This document shows, one piece after another, positions 33,388-45,318 of a DNA stretch of 64,000 nucleotides. The DNA is taken from sequence record OQ708376.1; one strand, written 5' to 3'. Each line of letters begins with the position of its first letter. The stretch's first letter is position 1. Below the pieces are notes generated by a model that searched no databases, had not been told where the DNA came from, and worked only from the letters and a program-made list of their open reading frames with translations. The translations under genes and the position numbers were made by a program.

Positions 33388-33558
33388 ATGAGTCTACGTG
33401 AATCATGGGAACAATTTAAAGAAGAGATTGGTTATCGTGGTGTTAAGATTGAAAAAATCAATCGAACCGAAAGCATCAAAGCCAGTACTAATGGCACTAC
33501 CTATGATCGTTATGATGAAAAGTATGGTTTGCATTCTAAACCGAAGGATACTGAATAA
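33388..33558 (+). CDS. small hypothetical protein
   Basis: AAGGGG RBS then ATG 33388. Confidence 0.6.
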   Translation: MSLRESWEQFKEEIGYRGVKIEKINRTESIKASTNGTTYDRYDEKYGLHSKPKDTE

Positions 33559-33701
33559 TGGTATACACTAACATTTTTACTGGTATTATGCGTAAATTTA
33601 TTAATGGTACTGGATACGTATCTAATGACAACGGTAGTACATGGGTAAAAAATAATACGTCTGAATCTTTAGTAAAAAGTCTTCCGTATTATAAAGCTTG
33701 A
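33558..33701 (+). CDS. small hypothetical protein (47 aa)
   Basis: TAATG coupling with AAGGA RBS. Confidence 0.55.
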   Translation: MVYTNIFTGIMRKFINGTGYVSNDNGSTWVKNNTSESLVKSLPYYKA

Positions 33702-33731
33702 CACATGAAAATGGAGTATATATAATACTCC
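33698..33731 (+). promoter_or_regulatory. sigma70 promoter with hairpin around the -10
   Basis: TTGACA-17-TATAAT; GGAGTA...TACTCC. Confidence 0.8.
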
Positions 33732-33758
33732 TATATTAATTAAACGAGGATATACGAA

Positions 33759-34331
33759 ATGGCTGGTGTTGATAAAATTTGTGAATTCAGTTCAGATTAT
33801 GAAGGTTACGAGATGTACAAGTCCAAGCGTAATCACATTCAAGTACTGTCAAAGTACCGTAAAGAATTCCGAGGCCACAAAGCAACATTGTATGTTTTTG
33901 AGAATGGATATTCTGAAGTTTTCACAAGTGGTGGGTACAGTACAGCTAACATGGCACATATCAACCCAAACCCAACTGAAGATGATTGGAATAGTGGTAA
34001 CGCTTTTCGTATTTCAATTTTGAATAAAATGAATCGTTACGACCGTTATTGTACATTCTTTGAAAATATTTCAGAATACAAGCAAGCATTAAAGAAATAT
34101 AATCAACGCTTACTAATGAATTATGATTACATTCTTCATGTGCCAACTGTTCCAGGTCAGGTTAATGGTCTGTATACGAATAGTACACATGATTTAACTG
34201 CGGTGAAGCGTCGCCTCAAACGTATGTTGGGTTGTCGTAATTTAACAATCAAGGTTATGCGTAATGAATCAATGTATAACTTTTTAGATGTACTACACTA
34301 CACACTGAAGGATAATAATGGAAACGATTAA
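33759..34331 (+). CDS. hypothetical protein
   Basis: GAGGA RBS. Confidence 0.8.
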   Translation: MAGVDKICEFSSDYEGYEMYKSKRNHIQVLSKYRKEFRGHKATLYVFENGYSEVFTSGGYSTANMAHINPNPTEDDWNSGNAFRISILNKMNRYDRYCTFFENISEYKQALKKYNQRLLMNYDYILHVPTVPGQVNGLYTNSTHDLTAVKRRLKRMLGCRNLTIKVMRNESMYNFLDVLHYTLKDNNGND

Positions 34332-34515
34332 GTTTATGTTTGAGGTGTTTGTTGCATTCATCTTATGTGCTGTGTCTCTTACTATTGCTTTAATCCCAGT
34401 AATCGTTTACCAAGTTAATGGTGGGACAGATCCAACAATTGATATTTTACTTCGTTGTTTTGGCTTTTTTATATGGTTGGCGATGTTTATGTACTACATG
34501 CATCTTGAGGATTGA
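34318..34515 (+). CDS. two-TM membrane protein
   Basis: hydrophobic helices. Confidence 0.7.
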   Translation: METIKFMFEVFVAFILCAVSLTIALIPVIVYQVNGGTDPTIDILLRCFGFFIWLAMFMYYMHLED

Positions 34516-35348
34516 TTATGTCATTAGAAAAAATAATCATTTCTGAATTCCGAAAGTATATCATGGATTGTGATAGAGATGTGCAGCGTAAGTTCAATGA
34601 GTACCTTGACAAATATCCGTATTTGATGTTTAATCCGTTTGAAACTGATGATGATTTATATCTTGGTTTTTACATAGGATTTACTCAACGAATTCTTCAT
34701 AAAGATGAAATGAAACAATCTGAGATTTGGGTAGAAACTGACTCATCAGAGTCTAATGTTTTTTATCTTTATACATATTATGCCGAAATTGTTAGAGATA
34801 CGACACCTGATGGTTGTCTATTTATACAATCGTCTGATATTGAAAGAATATATATCGAACCTGTATCTTTAGATATGGTTGCCCAGCTTCCAACTATCCA
34901 ACAGTTAGGTGCAGACGAATTAACTTATTCTGTATTTGAATATCTAGGTAGAGATGATTTGACTCAAGAAATTGATAAAATGGTTTCTAAATATACTTCA
35001 TCACTTATTTCAAATGGTAAACTTAAATTAGAATTAATTTTTGAAGATACTAGTATTAATCCAGTAAGAGGGGTAACAATTGGAAAAGTTACCATACGTG
35101 TTGTTTACGATAATGAAGTATTAGGATATATTTCAAAACGTGGACATGATTTATGTATAATTAGTACATTCGTTGTTTCTCGTAAAAAATGGAATGATTT
35201 AATGCAAAAAATCGTGGACGGTAGTAAAATTCGTGATATAATATGTAATGACATGGTAATTATTAATCCTGATGTTGACTGTGATGTATATTTTCCAGTT
35301 CCTGGATTTACACGAGAAAACTTTAGTAAATTGAAGGATAAGAAATGA
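34512..35348 (+). CDS. hypothetical protein
   Basis: GAGGA RBS, 278 aa. Confidence 0.75.
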   Translation: MIMSLEKIIISEFRKYIMDCDRDVQRKFNEYLDKYPYLMFNPFETDDDLYLGFYIGFTQRILHKDEMKQSEIWVETDSSESNVFYLYTYYAEIVRDTTPDGCLFIQSSDIERIYIEPVSLDMVAQLPTIQQLGADELTYSVFEYLGRDDLTQEIDKMVSKYTSSLISNGKLKLELIFEDTSINPVRGVTIGKVTIRVVYDNEVLGYISKRGHDLCIISTFVVSRKKWNDLMQKIVDGSKIRDIICNDMVIINPDVDCDVYFPVPGFTRENFSKLKDKK

Positions 35349-35635
35349 AAATTTTAGAAGTCTTGCTAGAAAAAGATGCATCTGGTACTCTTTATGTTGG
35401 TAATGAGTTCAGTCCAGATCCAATTGATATGTTACAGAGAATCCAAACACTGACTCAAAACATCTCGGTTAAAAAACCGTTTCAGAAAGAATTGGAAATC
35501 TTTTGTGATAAAGATATTGAACAGCATGATAATGTGATTTCAGATATTAAAAGTCTATTGACAAAAAATGGTTATGTAGAGTATAATCCTCCTATCGTAA
35601 TCGTTATTCCAGACTTCATGAAAGGAACAATTTAA
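35345..35635 (+). CDS. hypothetical protein
   Basis: ATGA coupling. Confidence 0.7.
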   Translation: MKILEVLLEKDASGTLYVGNEFSPDPIDMLQRIQTLTQNISVKKPFQKELEIFCDKDIEQHDNVISDIKSLLTKNGYVEYNPPIVIVIPDFMKGTI

Positions 35636-35904
35636 TGACTAAAGAAGAAATGAAATCTCGCTTAAGCGAACTGAAGAAAGAACGTAAACTAGTACGTTTA
35701 GACTGGGATATCCTTAACAGGAAAGATGAGCAATCATATGCTAACTGGAGTTCTGATAAAGTACGAAATGACCGTTCTAAAGAAGATGCAAAGCAATTCA
35801 TGGCATTATCGAAGCGACTATCATCTTTGAACAGTGAAATTACTGGCCTTCAGAAAGAGATTATTTCCATTCTTAAAGCGGAGATTGAATCACTCTATGA
35901 ATAA
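35635..35904 (+). CDS. hypothetical coiled-coil protein
   Basis: TAATG coupling. Confidence 0.7.
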   Translation: MTKEEMKSRLSELKKERKLVRLDWDILNRKDEQSYANWSSDKVRNDRSKEDAKQFMALSKRLSSLNSEITGLQKEIISILKAEIESLYE

Positions 35905-36193
35905 ACATGAAGTAATTCATTTTGATGATAAGATCTATATTCCAAATATTGATAGTACTGAAACATATTACCTAATCAATAAGATTATGGCTGAAACAAA
36001 TACGTGTTGTCGTCAACAGCCAGGAAAATATGAGTTCAGTCAGACTATTGGTTATTACCGATATGATATGTTAGAATCATTTACAATTGATAAGTCTAAA
36101 GTTATTGACATTCTTGTACAGAATGGATATAATGAACAACGTGTAAATAATACAGATTTACCAGTTTCAAAAATTGTTCTTTCTAATAATTAA
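35897..36193 (+). CDS. hypothetical protein
   Basis: ATG 35897 after GGAG. Confidence 0.7.
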   Translation: MNKHEVIHFDDKIYIPNIDSTETYYLINKIMAETNTCCRQQPGKYEFSQTIGYYRYDMLESFTIDKSKVIDILVQNGYNEQRVNNTDLPVSKIVLSNN

Positions 36194-36308
36194 AAATTGG
36201 ACAAGAACAGATATTGTGATATAATGTTTGTTATCGGCAGATATTAAAATGCAAACCATTCCTCAATGATGAGGGTTTTTCATAAAAAAGAAATAAAAGG
36301 GTATTAAA

Positions 36309-36518
36309 ATGGCTAAAGAAACTAACGCACAAGTACTAGATATCACCGACTTCGACCGCACTGTGAACTACATTCAATTCCAGATTCATCAAGCAGAAGA
36401 AGCTCTAGCAGTATTCCACGGTACTGGTGCAAGGCCAATCCGTTTTGCTCACTTGATTGCATGGAAGAAAAGTCTTCAAGAAGAACTATCTGAACTGCGT
36501 AAAGCAAATCGTAAGTAA
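36309..36518 (+). CDS. hypothetical protein
   Basis: AAGGG RBS; promoter TTGGAC-17-TATAAT upstream. Confidence 0.75.
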   Translation: MAKETNAQVLDITDFDRTVNYIQFQIHQAEEALAVFHGTGARPIRFAHLIAWKKSLQEELSELRKANRK

Positions 36519-36529
36519 TTTATCTTACC

Positions 36530-36556
36530 GCCTCATCATTTTTGATGGGGCATTTT
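36530..36556 (+). terminator. intrinsic terminator
   Basis: GCCTCATCA-TTTT-TGATGGGGC-ATTTT. Confidence 0.65.
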
Positions 36557-36583
36557 AATCATATAAAGTAAGAGGATTTATAA

Positions 36584-37090
36584 ATGAGTGTTGAATATTG
36601 GTTTTTGTTTGTGTGTATTGGTACACTTGCATTAATCACCATTGGATTGATTTTCAATACCATGATTAGTGGAAGTAAGTACTTTAAGACATTCCAACTT
36701 TTAATGTCTGCTATGCCATATAGTGCTGATGCCGAAAAAACAATTTCTCTAATTTTAGATAAGTTCGATGCAAATCTTTTGGTGGCTAAAATTTCAGCAT
36801 GTGATACAAATATTTCATTTTACACTGTAGAGACAGAACAGAATGGGATTGATACACAATACTCAAATCCAGTAGTTGCTGAAATTTTCATTGGTTCAAA
36901 ATATTATGCCTATGGATATGTAAGAAAATATTATTCAGAAGCAAAAGCTGAGTTGACGAAGAAGCGACCATCAATAAAAACTTTAAAACGCATCATTGCG
37001 TTGGAAAAATCACTTCGTGGTCAAACAAGCGTTAATGAGCCACCATCAGTGATTAAATCCAAAAAAAGTAATGTTGTGGAGTTGGAGTAA
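36584..37090 (+). CDS. membrane-anchored hypothetical protein
   Basis: N-terminal TM. Confidence 0.75.
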   Translation: MSVEYWFLFVCIGTLALITIGLIFNTMISGSKYFKTFQLLMSAMPYSADAEKTISLILDKFDANLLVAKISACDTNISFYTVETEQNGIDTQYSNPVVAEIFIGSKYYAYGYVRKYYSEAKAELTKKRPSIKTLKRIIALEKSLRGQTSVNEPPSVIKSKKSNVVELE

Positions 37091-37380
37091 TGGAACCAGA
37101 AAAATCAAGAAAAATTCTTATTGATGTCCAAACTAAATTACTAGATATTATGGAAATCATCAATGAGTTACCACAGGGTTATCAGTACAAAGTTCGTGAA
37201 ATGTTATCTTGTGCCGAAACCGTTGTTTCTATGTACGATGATATTCAACATGGTATTATCCCTGATATTCTCAAAGATGACGTAAATATTAACACTGAGG
37301 TAAAAGAAACTAAATTAGAATCAGAAACAGTATCTAATAAAAAAGTTCTAGACCTTAGTGGTATAAAAATTAATATCTAA
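37090..37380 (+). CDS. hypothetical protein
   Basis: TAATG coupling. Confidence 0.7.
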   Translation: MEPEKSRKILIDVQTKLLDIMEIINELPQGYQYKVREMLSCAETVVSMYDDIQHGIIPDILKDDVNINTEVKETKLESETVSNKKVLDLSGIKINI

Positions 37381-37402
37381 AAAACATCCAATAGGAGAAG
37401 TA

Positions 37403-37552
37403 ATGAGTAATCAAAAAATCGACTTAGTAGTAAAACTTCAAGAGATTCAAGCACTAGCTAAAGACCTTGATAACACACGTGCATCAGTAGTTGATTCACT
37501 ATGTGCAACAATCCTGACTGTTTTTACAGATTACGAAAAGAAATCTGATTAA
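37403..37552 (+). CDS. small hypothetical protein (49 aa)
   Basis: AGGAG RBS. Confidence 0.6.
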   Translation: MSNQKIDLVVKLQEIQALAKDLDNTRASVVDSLCATILTVFTDYEKKSD

Positions 37553-37564
37553 ACGTTACTTTGT

Positions 37565-37595
37565 AAATACCCAGTCAAGTACTGGGTATTTTTTT
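37565..37595 (+). terminator. intrinsic terminator
   Basis: AAATACCCAGT-CAAGT-ACTGGGTATTT-TTTT. Confidence 0.8.
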
Positions 37596-37606
37596 AAGGA
37601 AATAAA

Positions 37607-37999
37607 ATGACTGAATCTGAACTACGTGAAATGATAGATTTCATTTATGAAATGGTACAAGATAAAAATAACATCAATACAATTGCATCTGGTCCAAGAC
37701 AAATTGGTAACCAAATAACATATTCTTTGTCCTTATGGTTACACCCGTGCATTAAGGTTGATTGTTTGTATTTCCGTCCTGATATTGATGCTTATTATTT
37801 TGTCAATCATGATGCATTAATGAAACCACATAATCGTCCAGTTGATGATAACTTTGTGACGCACCCATTTTACCTTGCTGATTCCGAAGAGGATGAGTTT
37901 CAAAAGAACACAACGTTAAGCCCAGGTGAAATTTGCATCCCTTACACACTAAAAGATAAAATGATTTACATCACAGAAGTTATGAAAACATGCTGGTAA
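37607..37999 (+). CDS. EExxFQ-family protein
   Basis: SEEDEFQKNTTL. Confidence 0.7.
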   Translation: MTESELREMIDFIYEMVQDKNNINTIASGPRQIGNQITYSLSLWLHPCIKVDCLYFRPDIDAYYFVNHDALMKPHNRPVDDNFVTHPFYLADSEEDEFQKNTTLSPGEICIPYTLKDKMIYITEVMKTCW

Positions 38000-38046
38000 G
38001 TGCAATGAAACTCTGATATAATACTATGACTTACTAAGGAGAACAT

Positions 38047-38616
38047 ATGAACTTTATTAAATTCAACACATATGAGTCAGAAGCATACTTTAATACAAAT
38101 AATAAATTTAATATTATTCTTAAAGACGGAACGGTTGTTATCGGAGTATCATTGCTTTCATTTGATGGCGAAAAACTCAAAACTGTTTATAAATTCACCA
38201 ATCTTGATGGTGATTACTGGGATACGTCAGATGTATCTAAAATTTGCACACATTATGTATTTGAATCTATTGAAGTTGGTGATGGCTGGGCATTGACCTG
38301 TAATGGTAATAAAGTATTTTCTGGTAACATATTTGGAGTAATTTCCAGTAAAGAAATCGTAGACCATCATCTTCATGTTCTCAATAATAACGCCAACACT
38401 TATACACCTGATAATATCAAAATTCACGATATTGTAACATATACTGATTATAATGGTTTCAGACATAAAGCAATCGTAACTGAAGTTAAAAAACCAAAAA
38501 ATTATTTAGACCACGGTTTAATTGAAGTATATATGGTAGGTGGCGAAAAACAATACTTTGATCATTTCACTTATACTGGTTGGGATAGATTCCTAACCGT
38601 TATTGAGGAATACTAA
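38047..38616 (+). CDS. hypothetical protein
   Basis: AAGGAG RBS. Confidence 0.75.
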   Translation: MNFIKFNTYESEAYFNTNNKFNIILKDGTVVIGVSLLSFDGEKLKTVYKFTNLDGDYWDTSDVSKICTHYVFESIEVGDGWALTCNGNKVFSGNIFGVISSKEIVDHHLHVLNNNANTYTPDNIKIHDIVTYTDYNGFRHKAIVTEVKKPKNYLDHGLIEVYMVGGEKQYFDHFTYTGWDRFLTVIEEY

Positions 38617-38617
38617 C

Positions 38618-39106
38618 ATGCCGATTCGTGGTGTCCCAGAACCATTAATGGAAGTTATTAAGCATGTTCGCATTGGAGATCGAGAAGTTAATCTTCGCCG
38701 TAATAACATTTATTACTTTAAAACTTCAGAAATGAGTTCTGTGCAGATTGTCATTGGTACATCTATTAAGATTACTCGTGTACTTGATGGTAGTACTGAC
38801 TTCGTTGAATATAATGTACTTACTAATAAAGTAACGCATATATATAAATGGAGTGGGTATAAAACTATTAAGTATGAATTTGACTTAGCTAGAACTGAAG
38901 AAGAACGATTTATGCTGAGTACTATCAATCCAGCAAACTATCCCGATCTTGATGCATTTTTGCTAATTTTAAAATTGTATAATGAAGCAAATCAGAAAGC
39001 TAAAGAGTATGATAGAATCATGTATGAACGCCGAAAAGAACGTGCACAAAAAAGTTATGATCTGTATGATAGCCCATACGTGAAATATAGTAAGGGGTCG
39101 AAATGA
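38618..39106 (+). CDS. EExxFQ-family protein
   Basis: TEEERFMLSTIN. Confidence 0.7.
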   Translation: MPIRGVPEPLMEVIKHVRIGDREVNLRRNNIYYFKTSEMSSVQIVIGTSIKITRVLDGSTDFVEYNVLTNKVTHIYKWSGYKTIKYEFDLARTEEERFMLSTINPANYPDLDAFLLILKLYNEANQKAKEYDRIMYERRKERAQKSYDLYDSPYVKYSKGSK

Positions 39107-39507
39107 ATAAAGAAGTTCAAATTATCATAACTCCACCTATACAAAGTCTGGATGTATCCATTAGTGATTTTTTGGAAAAATACTATGAATGGTTTAATGA
39201 AGATTCAGTAATTTATAACCATTCATTACCAGATGGTTTCGTGGAGCTTATCGAATTAAATTCAAAATCACTATACTTCTGTGTTGAATACAATGATTAT
39301 ATGACAGATGAAGCTTATCGCTTTCGTTGTACATTGTATCCGAATTATTTTTCAATAGGTTATAAAGATTACCAGTACTGTACCACTAACTATAGTGTTG
39401 AGGAAGAATTTCAGTACAATTTACTTTATCCTGATTTAGATTATACGATTGCAGTACTGTTGACTAAAATCATGGATTTTTATAAAGATAAATATAATGC
39501 AGCCTAA
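39103..39507 (+). CDS. EExxFQ-family protein
   Basis: SVEEEFQYNLLY. Confidence 0.7.
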   Translation: MNKEVQIIITPPIQSLDVSISDFLEKYYEWFNEDSVIYNHSLPDGFVELIELNSKSLYFCVEYNDYMTDEAYRFRCTLYPNYFSIGYKDYQYCTTNYSVEEEFQYNLLYPDLDYTIAVLLTKIMDFYKDKYNAA

Positions 39508-39682
39508 GACATTTGATGAGTGGTTTAATCTACACTATAATATAAATGCAGCAGATATATACTATTTTAAGCTTGAATTGTATATATCATTGCGTAACCC
39601 AATTGAGTACTATAACAACATTATCAATTGTGATGATTTTGGTACATATTTTAGTATAGCCGTTATGGATATTAAGAGATGA
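39497..39682 (+). CDS. small hypothetical protein (distant MTHEEW-like)
   Basis: MQPKTFDEWF. Confidence 0.55.
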   Translation: MQPKTFDEWFNLHYNINAADIYYFKLELYISLRNPIEYYNNIINCDDFGTYFSIAVMDIKR

Positions 39683-39858
39683 CACATGAAGAATGGATGG
39701 CAATGATGAAAAAACGTTATGACCAGTTTGGAAATGGATTTATTGATGGTCATTTCGATATTTTACGAGACAAATATAAGTTCGAATCATATGTACTAGA
39801 TGAGAATGGAAATCGTTGGTTCATCTATGAGCTTGCGGTTAGAGACAAAAAAATATAA
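39679..39858 (+). CDS. MTHEEW-family small protein
   Basis: MTHEEWMAMMKKRYDQFGNG...WFIYELAVRDKKI. Confidence 0.7.
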   Translation: MTHEEWMAMMKKRYDQFGNGFIDGHFDILRDKYKFESYVLDENGNRWFIYELAVRDKKI

Positions 39859-39869
39859 TAACCTTTTCC

Positions 39870-39935
39870 ATTGTCCATTGCAATGCTTTCTTTACAGAAG
39901 AATAAATGAAACACTTAATTGAACTGGATACATAA
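39870..39935 (+). pseudogene. remnant of a duplicated 3' end of gene 40239-40454
   Basis: TGCTTTCTTTACAGAAGAATAAATGAAACACTTAATTGAACTGGATACATAA versus TGCTTTCTTTACAAAAGAAGAGATGCAGCACTTAATTGTACTGGATACATAA; GAG changed to TAA. Confidence 0.7.
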
Positions 39936-39936
39936 A

Positions 39937-40113
39937 ATGACACACAAAGAATGGATAGAGTCACTAAAATATAAACATGATCATTTTGGATTTGGTATAC
40001 GCCAAGGCCATTATGATGTTTTGAACGATAAAAAAACGTTCGAATCATTGGTTTTGGACGAAGATTCCAACCACTGGTTCATCTACGAGCTTGCTATTAG
40101 AGATAAAAAATAG
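39937..40113 (+). CDS. MTHEEW-family small protein
   Basis: MTHKEWI...FGFGIRQGHYDVL...WFIYELAIRDKK. Confidence 0.7.
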   Translation: MTHKEWIESLKYKHDHFGFGIRQGHYDVLNDKKTFESLVLDEDSNHWFIYELAIRDKK

Positions 40114-40118
40114 TAAGA

Positions 40119-40454
<336 letters not shown>

Positions 40455-40455
40455 A

Positions 40456-40638
40456 ATGACACACGAAGAATGGATGTCCAAACAGCATAAAGAACATGAC
40501 TGCTTTGGGAATGGCATTCGTCAGGTACATTATGATATATTAAGAGATGAAAATCTTTTCAGGTCATATGTTTTGGATACCAGAAAACCCTGGTTTATAT
40601 GCGAACTGGCATTTAGAAAGTCAAATAATCAAAACTAA
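40456..40638 (+). CDS. MTHEEW-family small protein
   Basis: MTHEEWM...FGNGIRQVHYDIL...WFICELAFR. Confidence 0.7.
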   Translation: MTHEEWMSKQHKEHDCFGNGIRQVHYDILRDENLFRSYVLDTRKPWFICELAFRKSNNQN

Positions 40639-40654
40639 ACAAGGAATACAAAAA

Positions 40655-40873
40655 ATGGAAACAACTTTATTAGAAGTTATTCAATCATTAAAACCTGAAG
40701 ATGAGGTTCAAGTACTACTACATGGTTATCGTGTAAAAGGTACTGTGGTTTTAGTCAATGATACAACATTGGTTATTACAGAAACAAACCCATATGATAG
40801 TAATCAACTTGCCAATATCCATATCGATATCACTGGAATTATTGGTGTCGGTGTATCTAAAACACTTGCATAA
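40655..40873 (+). CDS. small protein, possible Sm/Hfq-like fold
   Basis: AAGGA RBS; helix then VQVLLHGYRVKGTVVLVNDTTLVI...IHIDITGIIGV. Confidence 0.6.
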   Translation: METTLLEVIQSLKPEDEVQVLLHGYRVKGTVVLVNDTTLVITETNPYDSNQLANIHIDITGIIGVGVSKTLA

Positions 40874-40906
40874 ATCATTAATTCATTATATAATGGGACA
40901 TAACAT

Positions 40907-41022
<116 letters not shown>

Positions 41023-41026
41023 AATA

Positions 41027-41103
41027 CGGGGTATAGCACAATTGGATAGTGCAAGAGAATTCTAATCTCTAGGTTGGGGGTTCAAGTCCCTCTACCTCGG
41101 CCA
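41027..41103 (+). tRNA. tRNA-Arg(UCU)
   Basis: CGGGGTA/TACCTCG, AGAGA-ATTCTAA-TCTCT, CCA; A32 is atypical. Confidence 0.88.
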
Positions 41104-41126
41104 ATTTTAATTAAAGGTTAAAAACC

Positions 41127-41453
<327 letters not shown>

Positions 41454-41461
41454 AAAAAAAG

Positions 41462-42066
<605 letters not shown>

Positions 42067-42069
42067 TAC

Positions 42070-42229
<160 letters not shown>

Positions 42230-42244
42230 CAATGCGAGGTATAA

Positions 42245-42502
<258 letters not shown>

Positions 42503-42510
42503 GAATTTAA

Positions 42511-42912
42511 ATGAAAAAGAATGACTTGATCAAAATGCTTCAAGAAATTGACGGCAATCCAGAGATTGTTATTTGGAATGGATACGTCGATGATTATATG
42601 AACATCGAAAAAGGCTTGACTAAAATCACTCTAGTCAAAGAAACCGAACAGTTTCTTCAGGGTGCATTAGAGCACGAATGGTGTGAACGTAACAATACAT
42701 TCGACATTCCAGAAGACCAACGAACCAAGATTGCAGAACGTGCTAAAGAACTGCATAAGAAACGCGAATACGATTTCCAGAACCCATATGTCACTGAAGA
42801 CGAATTCAATCGCTGGTACGGTAAAAAGAAATTGACAAAGTATGTCCTTTCACCTAAACTACGTGGTAAGACTTCACTTGGTGTATTCAACGCCGCAGAC
42901 TTAAACTACTAG
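42511..42912 (+). CDS. hypothetical protein
   Basis: AGGA RBS. Confidence 0.75.
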   Translation: MKKNDLIKMLQEIDGNPEIVIWNGYVDDYMNIEKGLTKITLVKETEQFLQGALEHEWCERNNTFDIPEDQRTKIAERAKELHKKREYDFQNPYVTEDEFNRWYGKKKLTKYVLSPKLRGKTSLGVFNAADLNY

Positions 42913-42921
42913 CGGGTATTA

Positions 42922-43471
<550 letters not shown>

Positions 43472-43531
43472 TACAACCGACAATGACGAAAGAACAGTTA
43501 TCAACATTTATCAACGCAGCATTAGATAAAA

Positions 43532-43563
<32 letters not shown>

Positions 43564-43615
43564 TACCAAGCAGCTTGAAGAACTTTGTAGTGCTGCACCT
43601 ATGCCGACTCTTGGC

Positions 43616-43725
<110 letters not shown>

Positions 43726-43728
43726 TCT

Positions 43729-43818
<90 letters not shown>

Positions 43819-43824
43819 TACACT

Positions 43825-44250
43825 ATGACATACAACATTGTTAAAATGGTGAACTATGTATTAAAAAACAACGCATGGTCACTGCATGATGTACAATTAG
43901 AAGATATTGGTGAAGTTAGAGTATTTTGCTATGATCCAGATTTGAATCAAACCACAGATTTGAGTAAATGTTTTAATATTTTTCTTGGTTATGAATTCAA
44001 TAATCATTTTTATTCATTTGATGTGTATTTTGAAAAAGTTATATTCAGAAGTTATGAATGTGATAATGAAGATTATGATTATGATGATGAATCAATTGAA
44101 TTGAATGTTAACGATATTGATACTGAAGAAAAATTCTTCCAGTACTGCCTCCTTAACGACACATTAGGATTAACATTTGAGGACATTAAAGCTATACTTA
44201 AAGTTCAAAAGTTGATTCCAGAAGAGGTACTAAATCCATTAAATGACTAG
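43825..44250 (+). CDS. EExxFQ-family protein
   Basis: TEEKFFQYCLLNDTLGLTFEDI. Confidence 0.75.
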   Translation: MTYNIVKMVNYVLKNNAWSLHDVQLEDIGEVRVFCYDPDLNQTTDLSKCFNIFLGYEFNNHFYSFDVYFEKVIFRSYECDNEDYDYDDESIELNVNDIDTEEKFFQYCLLNDTLGLTFEDIKAILKVQKLIPEEVLNPLND

Positions 44251-44608
44251 TCTAATAGTACGTATAATGCAAGATGTTTGTAATAACCTTTATACAGGCA
44301 ATTTTGACGATCCGAACATAAAAATATTATGTTATGATGGTTTTACAATGGTACATCCATCCTATTCAAATAATATCTACGTAGCATATACAGGTGAAAA
44401 TCTATTGTATCAATTTGATATATATAGTACAATGACAAAGATAATTTTGGATGCCTCTAAACCAGCAATCTTTATTGCTTCTCATGATTACCATTACACT
44501 GAAGAATCACTATTTCAGTACTCAATGATTAATGACATTGGTGGGTTGACATTGGATGAGGTTAATGCTATACTAGCTGTCTCACGTTTGGTTAAAACCC
44601 ACAATTAG
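44243..44608 (+). CDS. EExxFQ-family protein
   Basis: TEESLFQYSMINDIGGLTLDEV. Confidence 0.75.
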   Translation: MTSLIVRIMQDVCNNLYTGNFDDPNIKILCYDGFTMVHPSYSNNIYVAYTGENLLYQFDIYSTMTKIILDASKPAIFIASHDYHYTEESLFQYSMINDIGGLTLDEVNAILAVSRLVKTHN

Positions 44609-44617
44609 GAGATTCAT

Positions 44618-44809
44618 ATGTTCTGGAATTTATTATGCTTGTTTGGTCGTACATTGGTTCTTGCTATTATTCATACACCTGGTATTCGTAATTATGTTTC
44701 TTATGAATTTAAGAAAAATTATCACAACAATACTGAAGTTCGTACAACTAAGATGTGCAAAGACTTCAAGGTAGATGTTCCACCATTCAAGAAGTACGAG
44801 GATGAATAA
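44618..44809 (+). CDS. small hypothetical protein
   Basis: AGGAG RBS. Confidence 0.65.
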   Translation: MFWNLLCLFGRTLVLAIIHTPGIRNYVSYEFKKNYHNNTEVRTTKMCKDFKVDVPPFKKYEDE

Positions 44810-45093
44810 TGGAATTCATTGTTGCACCTGATGAACTTAAAACATTCACGTTCAGAGATAATAACAATTATCCTTATACAAATCATTCATTGAATTCATT
44901 ACATGTTATTGCAATCATTGCATCTGAATACAGGGATAATCCATGTATTGATTTTAAAACCACTGATGGCGAATATACATGGGTGATCCCAAAAGATAAA
45001 TATAGTTATCAAGGGGCAGTAGAAATTCGTGACTCGATTCTAAAACAAATCGAAGATGGAAATACTCATCCTAAACTAAACACTCAGTACTGA
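44809..45093 (+). CDS. hypothetical protein
   Basis: TAATG coupling. Confidence 0.7.
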   Translation: MEFIVAPDELKTFTFRDNNNYPYTNHSLNSLHVIAIIASEYRDNPCIDFKTTDGEYTWVIPKDKYSYQGAVEIRDSILKQIEDGNTHPKLNTQY

Positions 45094-45106
45094 AATCGTT
45101 TAACCC

Positions 45107-45240
45107 GATAGCTTCTAGTCAGTACTGATTCCTCCTTATGTATAGAAGCTATCACTTTTTTACGTATAATGATATTACCCTCAAATTCATTATATTCGTT
45201 ACCCTCTAACAGTATCTTTTTATTCCTCTTGGATGCTGTA
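45107..45240. ncRNA. candidate sRNA: hairpins with CCTC-containing loops
   Basis: GATAGCTTCTA/TAGAAGCTATC encloses TTCCTCCTTA; ACAGTATC/GATGCTGT encloses TTCCTCTT; TACCCTC twice between them. Confidence 0.4.
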
Positions 45241-45249
45241 ATTTAGAAG

Positions 45250-45309
45250 TTGACTTTTTAACTTCTACTGTGTTATACTTAAGGCTGATTCGATGAATCG
45301 GCCTTTTTT
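45250..45309 (+). promoter_or_regulatory. weak promoter overlapped by terminator
   Basis: TTGACT-18-TATACT; AAGGCTGATTC-GAT-GAATCGGCCTT-TTTT. Confidence 0.55.
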
Positions 45310-45318
45310 CTTATATAG

